This document shows, piece after piece, positions 1-9,491 of a stretch of DNA of 64,000 nucleotides. Positions within the stretch are counted from its first letter, which is position 1, and every line of letters starts with the position of its first letter. Under the pieces are notes generated by a model. That model searched no databases. It was not told the DNA's origin and saw only the letters and a list, made by a program, of their open reading frames with translations. The stretch is from the NCBI GenBank assembly GCA_965218425.1, contig OZ244621.1, forward strand, positions 3,168,001-3,232,000. The letters are read 5' to 3'. The position numbers and the translations under genes are program-made. The stretch is from an uncultured Candidatus Binatia bacterium (GTDB taxonomy: Bacteria; Desulfobacterota; Binatia; UBA9968; CAXXLF01).

Positions 1-132
1 GTGGCACGGGTCGAACCTTATGGGTTTTTAATTATCCTGGTGCTACTGATGAGCCATCTACTGGACGCCGTTCTATTCCCAATGGTCCGATTTGTGGATC
101 TGTTTCTCAGGTTGATGGTTGGATTGGCATAG
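1..132 (+). CDS. C-terminal end of a probable site-2 protease (M50) family membrane protein (partial)
   Basis: Frame 1 reads VARVEPYGFLIILVLL...GLA* (TAG 130-132). The EPYGF-hydrophobic tail and the position upstream of trpS are typical of this family. Confidence 0.6.
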   Translation: MARVEPYGFLIILVLLMSHLLDAVLFPMVRFVDLFLRLMVGLA

Positions 133-143
133 GTCATAGGAAA

Positions 144-1121
144 ATGGATACGATCGTAAGCGGCACACGTCCCACAGGGTCCCTCCATTTGGGTCACCTT
201 CATGGCGCCCTGTTAAACTGGTTGCAGTTACAGGACAAGTACCGGTGTTTTTTTTTCGTCGCCGATTGGCATGCCCTCACCACCGATTATCTCTCTCCTC
301 AGGGCGTCAAGGCCAATACGGTAGAAATGGTGTTGGACTGGTTGTCCGTTGGTTTAGATCCAAAGCAATCCGTCCTATTTCGCCAGTCCGATATCAAGGA
401 GCACAGCGAGCTTCATCTTTTGCTCTCTATGATTACGCCCGTTCCTTGGTTGGAGCGTAATCCTACCTACAAGGAGCAGATGCGAGAGATGGAAGGTCGG
501 GACCTTTCCACATACGGGTTCTTGGGGTATCCGGTTTTGCAGGCGGCTGATATTATTATGTACAAGGCCAACAAGGTTCCGGTGGGTGTCGACCAGGCGC
601 CCCATGTTGAGCTCACCCGTGAAATCGTCCGCCGGTTTAATCAGGTCTATGGACCCGTTTTTCCGGAACCGGAGGTCCTTTTGACAAAGACTCAGAGGCT
701 ACCCGGTCTGGATGGACGTAAGATGAGTAAAAGTTACAATAACGCCGTCTTTCTTTCGGATCCCCCCAAGGAGATCGATAAAAAGCTGAGTCGCATGATC
801 ACCGATCCCGCACGGATGAGAAGGAACGATCCAGGTGATCCTGAAAAGTGTCCTGCCTTTGAGCTTCACAAAGTTTACTCCACGCCCCAGGAAATCGAAG
901 AGGTGTCTCGAGGGTGCCGTACGGCGAAGATCGGTTGCCTGGATTGCAAAAAGATCATGATCAAGCACGTCATCTCGCAGTTGGAACCGTTCCAGGAAAA
1001 GAGGTCGGATTATGCAGGCCGGCCGGGCTATGTGGATGATGTACTAGCCGAGGGGAATCAAACCGCAAAAAAAGTGGCAGTTAAAACCATGGAAGAAGTA
1101 AGGGATGCACTCTCTCTGTGA
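144..1121 (+). CDS. trpS: Tryptophan--tRNA ligase
   Basis: SGTRPTGSLHLGH (HIGH motif), YPVLQAADI, VPVGVDQ and KMSKS. Confidence 0.98.
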   Translation: MDTIVSGTRPTGSLHLGHLHGALLNWLQLQDKYRCFFFVADWHALTTDYLSPQGVKANTVEMVLDWLSVGLDPKQSVLFRQSDIKEHSELHLLLSMITPVPWLERNPTYKEQMREMEGRDLSTYGFLGYPVLQAADIIMYKANKVPVGVDQAPHVELTREIVRRFNQVYGPVFPEPEVLLTKTQRLPGLDGRKMSKSYNNAVFLSDPPKEIDKKLSRMITDPARMRRNDPGDPEKCPAFELHKVYSTPQEIEEVSRGCRTAKIGCLDCKKIMIKHVISQLEPFQEKRSDYAGRPGYVDDVLAEGNQTAKKVAVKTMEEVRDALSL

Positions 1122-1152
1122 CGGTCAGACCTCTAAGGGGGGAAGACAAGCC

Positions 1153-1926
1153 ATGCCCATGAATGTTCAACTGGAAGTCTATGAGGGGCCACTGGACCTC
1201 CTGCTTCATCTAATAAAGAAGAGTGAAGTTAGCATTGGAGATATCCCCATTGCACCGATTACCCAGCAATACCTGGAGACGCTGGAGGTCATGCGAAGCC
1301 TAAATCTGGATATTGCCGGTGAGTTTCTGATCATGGCGTCCACGCTGATCCATATCAAATCGCGGATGTTGCTCCCTCCTGAAGAGGGGGACGAAGACGA
1401 AGATGACGGGGGAGATCCAAGAGAGGAGCTGGTTCGAAGGCTACTGGAGTATCAGAAGTACAAAGAGGCTTCGGAGGAGCTGGCAAACCGTGAGTTATTA
1501 AATCGCGATGTTTTCACCCGGTCATCGGAGGTGGCGACGGACGTTGAGCCGGAGGCGTTGGTGAAGGTCTCCCTTTTCGACCTGATCGCGGCATTTCGCC
1601 GGGTCCTGGAGAGCTTGCCCGAAGAGGGCGTTCACCAGGTAACAGTGGAGGAGATCTCGGTTCGCGAAAAAATGAGTTTCATCCTGGACGTATTGCATCG
1701 CAACACAAAAGTGGTATTCCATTCCCTCTTTGAGGACGCAACCTCGAGAATCCAGGTGGTGGTCACTTTCCTGGCACTGCTGGAGCTTATAAAGATGCGG
1801 GCCATCTCGGTCTCTCAGGAAGAACGTTTGGGCCCCATCATGGTGGAAGAGGCGGCGTCCTTTGATGATACGGAGGAAAAGGTGGCCGGAGAGGAAACGG
1901 AAGGGGAAAATGGCCATGGAACGTGA
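1153..1926 (+). CDS. scpA: Segregation and condensation protein A
   Basis: YEGPLDLLLHLI, DPREELVRRLLEY and TFLALLEL. Start set at ATG 1153. Confidence 0.95.
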   Translation: MPMNVQLEVYEGPLDLLLHLIKKSEVSIGDIPIAPITQQYLETLEVMRSLNLDIAGEFLIMASTLIHIKSRMLLPPEEGDEDEDDGGDPREELVRRLLEYQKYKEASEELANRELLNRDVFTRSSEVATDVEPEALVKVSLFDLIAAFRRVLESLPEEGVHQVTVEEISVREKMSFILDVLHRNTKVVFHSLFEDATSRIQVVVTFLALLELIKMRAISVSQEERLGPIMVEEAASFDDTEEKVAGEETEGENGHGT

Positions 1927-2515
1927 GAGATTGAAGTCTGTTATTGAGAGCCTCCTGTTTGTATCTGACGCGACACTCAATCTGGACCGGTTAAGCGCAG
2001 CCATTGAAGGAGTTGAGAAGAAAGAGATCCTTTCCGCCCTTCAGGATCTCCAGTCCGATTATGCGACTCAGGATCGGGGAATCCGTGTGGTTGAGGTGGG
2101 AGGAGGATACCAGCTAAGGACTCCAAAGGAGAACGCGGATTGGATTCGGACATTGCTTCGGTCAAAAGCGGCAAGGATGAGTAAGCCCACCTTGGAAACC
2201 CTTGCCATCGTTGCTTACAAGCAACCCATCACCCGGGGTGAGATCGAGCACATCCGTGGGGTCAGTGTCGATGGGATTATCGCAACACTTTTGGAAAGGC
2301 AGTGGATCCGTATCGTGGGGCGTAAAGACATTCCCGGAAAGCCCTTTCTCTACGGCACCACACGAGAATTCTTGGAACTGTTCAACCTCAAGGACTTGAC
2401 CGGATTGCCGACTCTTAGGGAGCTAGAAGAGATTGCCCAACCCGAGATCCCCGAGCAGAATATCCTACCGGTAGAAGAGTCAGAAGTAGACAGCAACGAA
2501 ACCAGTAACCAATAG
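1910..2515 (+). CDS. scpB: SMC-Scp complex subunit ScpB
   Basis: IESLLF, GGYQLRT, LETLAIVAYKQPITRGEIEHIRGV and LYGTTREFL; overlaps scpA. Confidence 0.96.
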   Translation: MAMERERLKSVIESLLFVSDATLNLDRLSAAIEGVEKKEILSALQDLQSDYATQDRGIRVVEVGGGYQLRTPKENADWIRTLLRSKAARMSKPTLETLAIVAYKQPITRGEIEHIRGVSVDGIIATLLERQWIRIVGRKDIPGKPFLYGTTREFLELFNLKDLTGLPTLRELEEIAQPEIPEQNILPVEESEVDSNETSNQ

Positions 2516-2584
2516 TCAATATTCGGTAAGAGATAGTGAATCGTGATGAAAAAAACGGTTCACCCTGTGTCAGTGACTGATGCC

Positions 2585-3334
2585 ATGGAGCGTCTGCAGA
2601 AAATCATTGCCCGCGCCGGTTTCGCTTCTAGACGGGAAGCCGAGGGGTGGATCCTCGAGGGGCGAGTGACGGTTAACGGCACAGTGGTTCACAAACTCGG
2701 CACCGTCGCTGATCCGAAAAAGGATAAAGTAAAAGTCGATGGCAGGCTTGTTCTTCTATCGCAGAAGCGCTTTTACTTCTCATTTCATAAGCCGGTGAAG
2801 ATGATAACTTCCATGGGGGATCCAAAGGGCCGTGCCAACTTAGGAGACTGGTTGAAACCCCTTGGAAAAGACAGGCGGGTGTTTCCTGCGGGACGATTGG
2901 ACTACAATTCCTCCGGCCTTCTTCTTCTAACGAACCATGGTGAGCTGGCTTACCGGTTAAGCCACCCCCGCTATGAGGTGAAAAAGGTATACGAAGTCAA
3001 AGTCAATGGTGTGCCCACAGAGCGAGATCTCAAACGATTGCGAGCTGGCATCTCCCTCCAGGAAGGGGTCACTTCCCCTGCCACGGTACGAATCCTGAAG
3101 CGGTTGAGAAAGAAAAGCTGGTTAGAAATAGAGCTCCACGAGGGGCGGTATAGGGAGGTCCGGCGAATGTTTGAGGCCTTGGGCTACACCGTGGAAAAAT
3201 TGGTGCGAACCCGATTTGGTCCCATCCGGCTGGGCTCGCTATCGGTGGGTAAGCTCCATCCTCTCACATCCCGGGAAGTCGAATCGCTGCAAAGGGCGGT
3301 GGGCCTTTACACCAAACACGAGTCCCGCTCTTGA
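2585..3334 (+). CDS. rluB: rRNA pseudouridine synthase (RluB/RsuA family)
   Basis: MERLQKIIARAG S4 domain, GRLDYNSSGLLLLTN and EGRYREVRRMF; trpS-scpAB-rluB synteny. Confidence 0.9.
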   Translation: MERLQKIIARAGFASRREAEGWILEGRVTVNGTVVHKLGTVADPKKDKVKVDGRLVLLSQKRFYFSFHKPVKMITSMGDPKGRANLGDWLKPLGKDRRVFPAGRLDYNSSGLLLLTNHGELAYRLSHPRYEVKKVYEVKVNGVPTERDLKRLRAGISLQEGVTSPATVRILKRLRKKSWLEIELHEGRYREVRRMFEALGYTVEKLVRTRFGPIRLGSLSVGKLHPLTSREVESLQRAVGLYTKHESRS

Positions 3335-3382
3335 GCACGGAACACTTTTTCGGATTCCCAATCAGGAATTCTCGATCTAGGA

Positions 3383-3692
3383 TTAGTCCTCTTCCTCGCT
3401 TTTAGGCTTTTTCTTGCCCTCCATCCAGGACCAGAGTTGCACGGGAATGCTCACATCGACAAGGAGAGGACCCAAGCAAAAACGGTGGTATCGGGTGCGG
3501 GGCACGCCACCAAGGCCAGGCAACCAGACAGGCCAGGTATGACGGGAAGGGAACAGGTGCCACGGAGGGTTTGTTTGGCTCCGGCGTCCGTGAACCACAC
3601 CGCATTGAGCACGATCCCCACACAGCCGGCACCGCCAGAATAAGAAAGACAATCCAGCGGATAATATCACTCGTTTCTATTAGTATATTCAT
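3383..3692 (-). pseudogene. Small membrane-protein gene broken by several frameshifts
   Basis: Hydrophobic segments continue across three frames: WIVFLILAVPAVWG / IVLNAVWF...VIPGLSGCLALVACP...FAWV / PLLVDVSIPVQLWSW. Confidence 0.45.
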
Positions 3693-3761
3693 CGGAATTT
3701 CCTAAGTTAACGCTCAATAGCCCTATTCTGGTCTCGCCAGGGTGCCCCCAGTGAAAATTCT

Positions 3762-3944
3762 AATTTCGAAGCACGAAATCCTAAACAAATCCAAAATCTC
3801 AAATCAATAATTCTCAAAACAGTTTACGAGTCTTCTGGCGTTGCTCTCAAGGACGAAAAGCGGAGCGTTTACGGTAGACTGGTTGATGCTTTTGTTTTGC
3901 ATTTTGGTGATTCGAATTTGTTTCGAATTTCGGATATCGAGATT
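3762..3944. repeat. Imperfect inverted repeat of short-period units (empty cassette)
   Basis: Left arm AATTTCGAAGCACGAAATCCTAAACAAATCCAAA (from 3762) matches the reverse complement of the right arm, AATCTCGATATCCGAAATTCGAAACAAATTCGAA (ending 3944). Confidence 0.8.
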
Positions 3945-4014
3945 GTTGTTTTTATTCATACTTGGCGTCCTTTGCGTCCTTGCGCGAGTCATTTTTTCAT
4001 GCTTGCGTGGGACG

Positions 4015-4488
4015 TTAGATATATCTCCACTCGCTAAACATCGCCGCCTGCCCGCAGTATTCGCCAGCCTCATTGATCAGGTTCCATACCGTTGCCTTTT
4101 CGATCATGAACCTTCGCCCATTTGCGGATATCCGCACACCCTGGTAATCATCGATAAATCCATGAACCGTAACTTCAGCTAGCAAGCGTTTGCGTTCCTC
4201 CTGCGTCGAGGGTTCGGCTGTTTGTCGTGACGGCATTGACGTGAATTTCTCCCAGGACACTTCCCAGAGATTCAGGGCGGTCTGATTCCCATAGTTTAGA
4301 ATGGGATTCTCAGAGGTGTCGTGGGACGCCACGGCAAAGGGAGCATAAAACAGCTCTCGGGCCTGTTGTTCCGCAGTTTCTATCTCTTCCATGATGTCAC
4401 GGCCGGTCCAGTGCTTAAAACTCCGAAGCAGCGGGTCAACGTGGTTCTTCAAGTAGTGATTCTCTATGCTTGGCCTGGGAAAGCCCAT
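4015..4488 (-). CDS. MEKHLA domain (PAS-like) protein
   Basis: APFAVASH, PILNYGNQTALNLWE, MPSRQTAE, GFIDDYQGVRIS..GRRF..ATVWNL and GQAAMF. Confidence 0.9.
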   Translation of the reverse strand: MGFPRPSIENHYLKNHVDPLLRSFKHWTGRDIMEEIETAEQQARELFYAPFAVASHDTSENPILNYGNQTALNLWEVSWEKFTSMPSRQTAEPSTQEERKRLLAEVTVHGFIDDYQGVRISANGRRFMIEKATVWNLINEAGEYCGQAAMFSEWRYI

Positions 4489-4515
4489 GATTCGCAGCAA
4501 TCAAGCCGAAACCGC

Positions 4516-4875
4516 TCAGCCCATCATGTTGAAAAAGAGTTGTCTGGTTTTATGGCGTCGGTCTATTTTGGCTCGACCCATTGCTACCAGGACATAGAGG
4601 ACATTCAAGGCTTCCAGAGAGGATCCCACGAGCTTTGGATTTCGCGATCGTTTGTACAGGGATTGAGCGGTCACGCCCTGCTTTCCTTTGGTGAGACGCC
4701 CAACGTATTTGACGGCGTCAAGATCCACTGCGTTGAAATAGCCGGCCTTCGGTTTTGAACGGGAAAAGGAAAAAACAAGGAAGAGCTTGGGTCCTTCAAA
4801 GACGTAATAGGCCTGTTTTTGGCCTTGTACCTTGCCTCTTAAGGACAATCCGGAGCTTAGGCTTTTGATGTTCAT
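4516..4875 (-). CDS. Hypothetical basic protein
   Basis: 119-aa ORF with a GGAGG RBS before ATG 4875; no recognised motif. Confidence 0.65.
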   Translation of the reverse strand: MNIKSLSSGLSLRGKVQGQKQAYYVFEGPKLFLVFSFSRSKPKAGYFNAVDLDAVKYVGRLTKGKQGVTAQSLYKRSRNPKLVGSSLEALNVLYVLVAMGRAKIDRRHKTRQLFFNMMG

Positions 4876-4919
4876 AGGTCCTCCTGTGGGGTCGCTGACG
4901 CGGTTCGGTGGTAATCTCG

Positions 4920-5317
4920 TTACCCTCTCTGCAAGTACTTCCGCCAAGGGGTCCAGTAGTAAGACTCCCACCCTTTGTTTACGCCGTTATAGTCTTGGCC
5001 GGGGACATCCAGATGGAGCAGGTCGATTCGTCCCTCGTTCCCTTGAGGGGTAAAGCATAGAGGATCAAGGTGGAATCAGGATCTTCAGGTTTGAAGGCTA
5101 TTGACCTCCAAGATTGCACGATGGGACTTGGTTTGGTGACGGCGGGGATCTGGCCTGATAGTTTCCCTTCGAAGGCGTGAAATTCAGAACCCGGTCCCTC
5201 GGCGATGGTCACGGGCGCACCGGTAATAGCGCCGTGGACTCGGGGATCTAGATAGGATTGAAAGAGTTGGTCCGCCGGGGCTGGAAGAACCACACTTTGA
5301 CGAATCACGTTCCGCAT
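4920..5317 (-). pseudogene. SRPBCC/AHSA1 domain protein, frameshifted near 5060
   Basis: The N-part reads IRQSVVLPAP..IVQSWRS..DSTLIL. The shifted frame continues FTPQGNEGRIDLLHLDVP..VNKGWESYYWTPWRKYL*. Confidence 0.85.
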
Positions 5318-5469
5318 GGTTGGGCTCCCGTTTAGGTTCTATGATAGAGCAGTAGTCCGCTCTGTATCCACATTAAGAGAGATTCAGAGATATAGGAATG
5401 ATATCACTTTTCTTGGTCCGAGGCACCCTCGGATTACGGCCAGCCGCCGGTTCGGATGGCGATGCCTGT

Positions 5470-5870
5470 CATGCGGATTCCTCTCAATCATGGGCTCAAG
5501 CAAGTGCGATTGCTGTCCTGCCCCCGTGGGCTTTAGCCTTGACCATGACTCGATGTTTTTCATCCACCACTGCCAATCCGTTGTAGCCCTGAACCACTGC
5601 GTGGTTCGTCCACATCTTGGCGCTTTGGGGATCGGTGGTGTTGCTCTTGGGCTCGGTAGCACTGGAGCCGATGTTGTTGAGGCTGGAGTTCGGAAAACTC
5701 TTAATCTTCCCAATCTTGCGCTTGCAGGGGGCCGGTTTCTCGTCCTGTCCTGCGGCCCCTGGGACTCAGCTTCTCCTTGGCGTCTCTACCCCGATGACCG
5801 GCTACTTCCGTTGCTTGTTCCGTAGCTCATCATTGCTAATCAGACCTTTGTCCGAGTTTTGCTCAAGAAC
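5470..5870 (-). mobile_element. IS1182-family transposase remnant
   Basis: Minus-strand KSNTTDPQSAKMWTNHAVVQGYNGLAVVDEKHRVMVKAKAHG, then frameshifted GQQSHLLEPMIE, matching the IS1182 TD.....M....QGYN block. Stops and frameshifts are present. Confidence 0.75.
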
Positions 5871-5968
5871 AAGCGCATGCAAGCCCCAAAGGCCGCCAAG
5901 AACGCAGACCTCTGGGGCTTGAAATGGTTGGGTGAGTTAGGAGCTTTAGGCTTTGGGCTTAAGCTGAT

Positions 5969-7468
5969 TTAATCCTGGATGTCCAGTCGGGTTATGGGAA
6001 AACGGAGTTTTCGCAGGGCCTTTTGCTCGATCTGGCGAATACGTTCGCGCGTGATGGAGAACTTTTCTCCCAATTCTTCCAGGGTGTAATTTCGAGCTTG
6101 GCCGATTCCGAAACGAAAACGGAGCACGGTTTCCTCACGTGGAGTCAGCGTGGCAAGAGCCTTCTTCACCTGCATGTAAAGATTGGATTTTAAAGTCGCT
6201 TCCATGGGATTTGGAATGATCTTGTCCTCCACGAAATCCCCCAAACGACTTTCACCGTCATCTCCAATGGGAGTTTCCAAAGACACCGGCTCCCTGGCAA
6301 TCCTGGTGAGTTTGCGGATCTCCTCTTTGGAGACATCCATCTCAGTGGCGATTTCCTCGGGTAAAGGATCTCGGCCAAGTTTTCGGTGCAAGGAGCGATG
6401 AGTCCGGATCAGCTTGTTCCTGGTCTCGATCATGTGGACCGGGATACGAATGGTAGGCGCCGAATCAATGATGCCCCGGGTAATGGCCTGGCGAATCCAC
6501 CACCCCGCGTAGGTGGAAAATCGGTATCCCAGCCGGTAATCGAACTTCTCGGCTGCCCGCATGAGACCTACGTTCCCCTCCTGAATGAGGTCCAGGAACT
6601 GTAACCCGCGGTTTCCATATTTCTTTGCAAGACTTACCACTAGGCGTAAATTGGCCTCAACCAGTCCCTTTCTGGCAGAGCTGGTTTTGGTTTCCGCTTG
6701 CAGTATGGAGCCCACCTGACGTTGTAGCTCATCAGGTGGCAGCATTGTCTGGGCCTCAATTTGCCGCATCTTCAAAAGCAGGATTTCCTGCTCCTTTATT
6801 TGACGCGGTTTGGCTTCAACTCTTTGCTTCAGCTCGTTTAGGTGCGCAGCGAAAGTCTTTAACTGATCTGCGATATCCTCGATGCGGGACCTTGAGAGCC
6901 GGAGATCCGTTAAAACGGTTTTGATCTCTTGGCTTTTCTGGCTGATTTGTTTATCGAGATGAGTTCTTCTCTTTTTGGAAATGCGTTTCTTTGCCAGTTC
7001 GGAATCGATTTGGTCATAAGACCTGGCCAACCGGCGAAGCTTCATAATCCCATCGAGAAAGCGTTTCCGATCCTTCCCGTTTTCTCTGTACTCCTCTTCA
7101 CCGTCCGGTCCCGTCAACACATCGCTCAGTCCCAGTTCATTGTTTTTGATCTTGTTACCCACTTCAAGGGCGTAAGGCAAAGCAAGGGGAGTGGAGAGGA
7201 CTTTCTCCATAAATTCCGTTTGGCCCTCCTCCATTTGTTTGCCCAGCTTGACTTCCTGTTCTCTGGTGAGTAGGGGAATGGAGGAGATATCGCGGAAATA
7301 CATTCCAACGGGGTCAGTGCTCTTTTCCAAACTTTCCGGTTCGGATTTGGTTTCTTCCTCGAGCTCCTGGTCAACTTCCTCGGGAAGGAGGAGGTCATGC
7401 CCCTCCTCTATCTCTTCCATTGCGATATTTTCCGTCTCGTTTACTGGTTCGGTTAAGAACTTATCCAT
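5969..7468 (-). CDS. RpoD/SigA-family sigma-70 factor (paralog lacking region 1.1, with non-conserved region)
   Basis: Region 1.2 [21 protein letters not shown], region 2 [33 protein letters not shown], region 4 [15 protein letters not shown]. Confidence 0.92.
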   Translation of the reverse strand: MDKFLTEPVNETENIAMEEIEEGHDLLLPEEVDQELEEETKSEPESLEKSTDPVGMYFRDISSIPLLTREQEVKLGKQMEEGQTEFMEKVLSTPLALPYALEVGNKIKNNELGLSDVLTGPDGEEEYRENGKDRKRFLDGIMKLRRLARSYDQIDSELAKKRISKKRRTHLDKQISQKSQEIKTVLTDLRLSRSRIEDIADQLKTFAAHLNELKQRVEAKPRQIKEQEILLLKMRQIEAQTMLPPDELQRQVGSILQAETKTSSARKGLVEANLRLVVSLAKKYGNRGLQFLDLIQEGNVGLMRAAEKFDYRLGYRFSTYAGWWIRQAITRGIIDSAPTIRIPVHMIETRNKLIRTHRSLHRKLGRDPLPEEIATEMDVSKEEIRKLTRIAREPVSLETPIGDDGESRLGDFVEDKIIPNPMEATLKSNLYMQVKKALATLTPREETVLRFRFGIGQARNYTLEELGEKFSITRERIRQIEQKALRKLRFPITRLDIQD

Positions 7469-7749
7469 TGGCTACACCTCTGCTGCAGTTAAAAAGAGCG
7501 GTTCGTCCTTCTCTTTCAACAGGCTCGGTAGCCTGTGGTACCAGTGGTTATAATTCAAAGTGCACAGAAAGAAACTCACAAGCCGGATACCGCTGCAGCA
7601 CAGGCCGGTCTTTGAATCCTTTCGTGCAACTCACCTAAAGAGGTAGCTGGCAGCTAAAACGAGTTCTTGGAACTCATAGGGGCGTTAAAGTGACCCCGTA
7701 TGCTTCTTAGAGGAAGGTAACCCCTAATAATGACTGTTATTAATAGAAA

Positions 7750-7778
7750 TAATTTATACAAAATTTTTCGAATGTCAA
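7750..7778 (-). promoter_or_regulatory. Putative sigma-70 promoter of the sigma-factor gene
   Basis: Minus strand TTGACA-N16-TAAATT in an AT-rich patch about 290 nt upstream of ATG 7468. Confidence 0.5.
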
Positions 7779-8066
7779 TATACAATCGTCATATCCACCA
7801 TTCGACACCCATGACCAAAAAACCTTTATATATTAAAGCTTTACGGGTTAGCAGCGACGGGGCTGTGCCCCCACTCATTTCAACAAGCCGCTCGGGCCTA
7901 CCCCCCTGACCCCGGCTCGAGGGGGATTCCGCTAGGTTGGACCCAGTTTGGGTTCCCCCATCCGGCTTGATTCGGAAGGTAAAAGCTCTGCCCTTCGGAG
8001 TTGGTTTTGAAACAGGGGCTTCCCATTTTTCTTGAAAGTGATACCTTTTTCGGAAATGAAGGTGCT

Positions 8067-8969
8067 ATGTTTTTCGTAAGTGTCATTATTCCCACCCATA
8101 ATCGCTGGCCAATGGTTGGCGAGGCCATCGAGTCTGTCATTAAACAGAGCTACAAGGATTTTGAAGTTATCGTGGTGGATGATGGATCGGATGATGAGAG
8201 TTTGAAGGGAATGGAAAAATTTGGTTCAAGCTTAAGCGTGCTGGTTCAGTCTAGACGAGGTGTGGCAGCGGCACGGAACTTCGGGGTGCGCCATTCCCGT
8301 GGAGCTTACCTGAGTTTTCTGGATTCTGATGACCTGTGGCAGCGCCATAAGCTCGAGAGGCAGGTTGCTTTCATGAAAGCGAATCCGGAGGTTCAGATTT
8401 GCCAGACGGAGGAAGTCTGGATTCGTAATGGTGTTAAGGTGAACCCCAAGAAAAGACATCAAAAACCGTCGGGTGACATCTTTCGTGCCAGCCTGGAACT
8501 CTGTCTAGTGAGTCCCTCCAGTGTAATGATGAAACGGGAACTGTATGAGCGAATGGACGGATTCGACGAATCCTTCGAAGTCTGTGAGGACTACGATCTG
8601 TGGCTTCGCATCGCTGTGGACACTCCGGTGTCGCTCATCCCCGAGCCCCTGGTTGTCAAAAGGGGAGGGCATAATGACCAGTTGTCACAGTCTACCTGGG
8701 GTCTAGATCGTTTTCGTGTGCAGTCAATAGAAAAACTCATTCGCTCGGGGCTGCGAGGAGAAAAAGGGCAGTGGGCCCTTGAGACTCTGGCCATGAAGGT
8801 GGCTGTGCTGGCCAAGGGTGCTCGGAAGAGAGGGTATGAAAGCGAGGCGAAAAAATATGAAGTCATTCTGGGAGAATTGACTGAGGAGATGGGGAATGAC
8901 AAATCAAGCGATTCTCGAATACGGAAAAGAGAGAGGAATACGAAACCAGACTCTCCAACGTTGGCTTGA
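8067..8969 (+). CDS. Glycosyltransferase family 2
   Basis: VSVIIPTHNR, VVDDGSDD, FLDSDDLW and EDYDLWLR. Confidence 0.93.
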   Translation: MFFVSVIIPTHNRWPMVGEAIESVIKQSYKDFEVIVVDDGSDDESLKGMEKFGSSLSVLVQSRRGVAAARNFGVRHSRGAYLSFLDSDDLWQRHKLERQVAFMKANPEVQICQTEEVWIRNGVKVNPKKRHQKPSGDIFRASLELCLVSPSSVMMKRELYERMDGFDESFEVCEDYDLWLRIAVDTPVSLIPEPLVVKRGGHNDQLSQSTWGLDRFRVQSIEKLIRSGLRGEKGQWALETLAMKVAVLAKGARKRGYESEAKKYEVILGELTEEMGNDKSSDSRIRKRERNTKPDSPTLA

Positions 8970-9444
8970 CTTATCCGAGTCCGATCAGTTGGCCCTACTG
9001 GACCTGGCAAACGGACTGAGGGTCGGTGAGAATCATTTGCGGGATCTTTTGGACTGGGCAGAGGAAATCTCCCTAAGGGACGGTTTGAGCCTTTGTGGAT
9101 TGATCAAGGGAGAGAACATTGAACCCATTTGGTCGGATCCACGATTGGGTCGAGGGGACAAACTCAGGCGGATCAAGGAGGAAATGCGTCGCCTACGGTT
9201 TCCACGCCTGGTACGGATGGAGAGGGAAATTCAAAAGAGAATTCGAGCCCTGGGACTCGGCTCGCAAATCCAGTTTTCGGTTCCACCGGGTCTGGAGGGC
9301 GGGACCCTCACGGTCCATCTGTCGGCCGCCGATGAAGCAGATATGAGAAAGCTTCATGAAGAGCTGGGGAAGCTCTTGGAAAGGTCAGAGATGAAGGACA
9401 TATTTGAGTATCTCAGCGGGCGAGCTGTGGAAGAGTCAGGTTAA
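8896..9444 (+). CDS. Conserved hypothetical protein (helical, ParB C-terminal-like), coupled to the SPL-like gene
   Basis: 182-aa ORF overlapping GT2, with LRFPRL..FSVPPGLEGG. Family assignment is tentative. Confidence 0.6.
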   Translation: MTNQAILEYGKERGIRNQTLQRWLDLSESDQLALLDLANGLRVGENHLRDLLDWAEEISLRDGLSLCGLIKGENIEPIWSDPRLGRGDKLRRIKEEMRRLRFPRLVRMEREIQKRIRALGLGSQIQFSVPPGLEGGTLTVHLSAADEADMRKLHEELGKLLERSEMKDIFEYLSGRAVEESG

Positions 9445-9491
9445 GACAGTTATTAGGTTCCGTGGAGGAATGCGGGAGGTGAGTTAATCCC

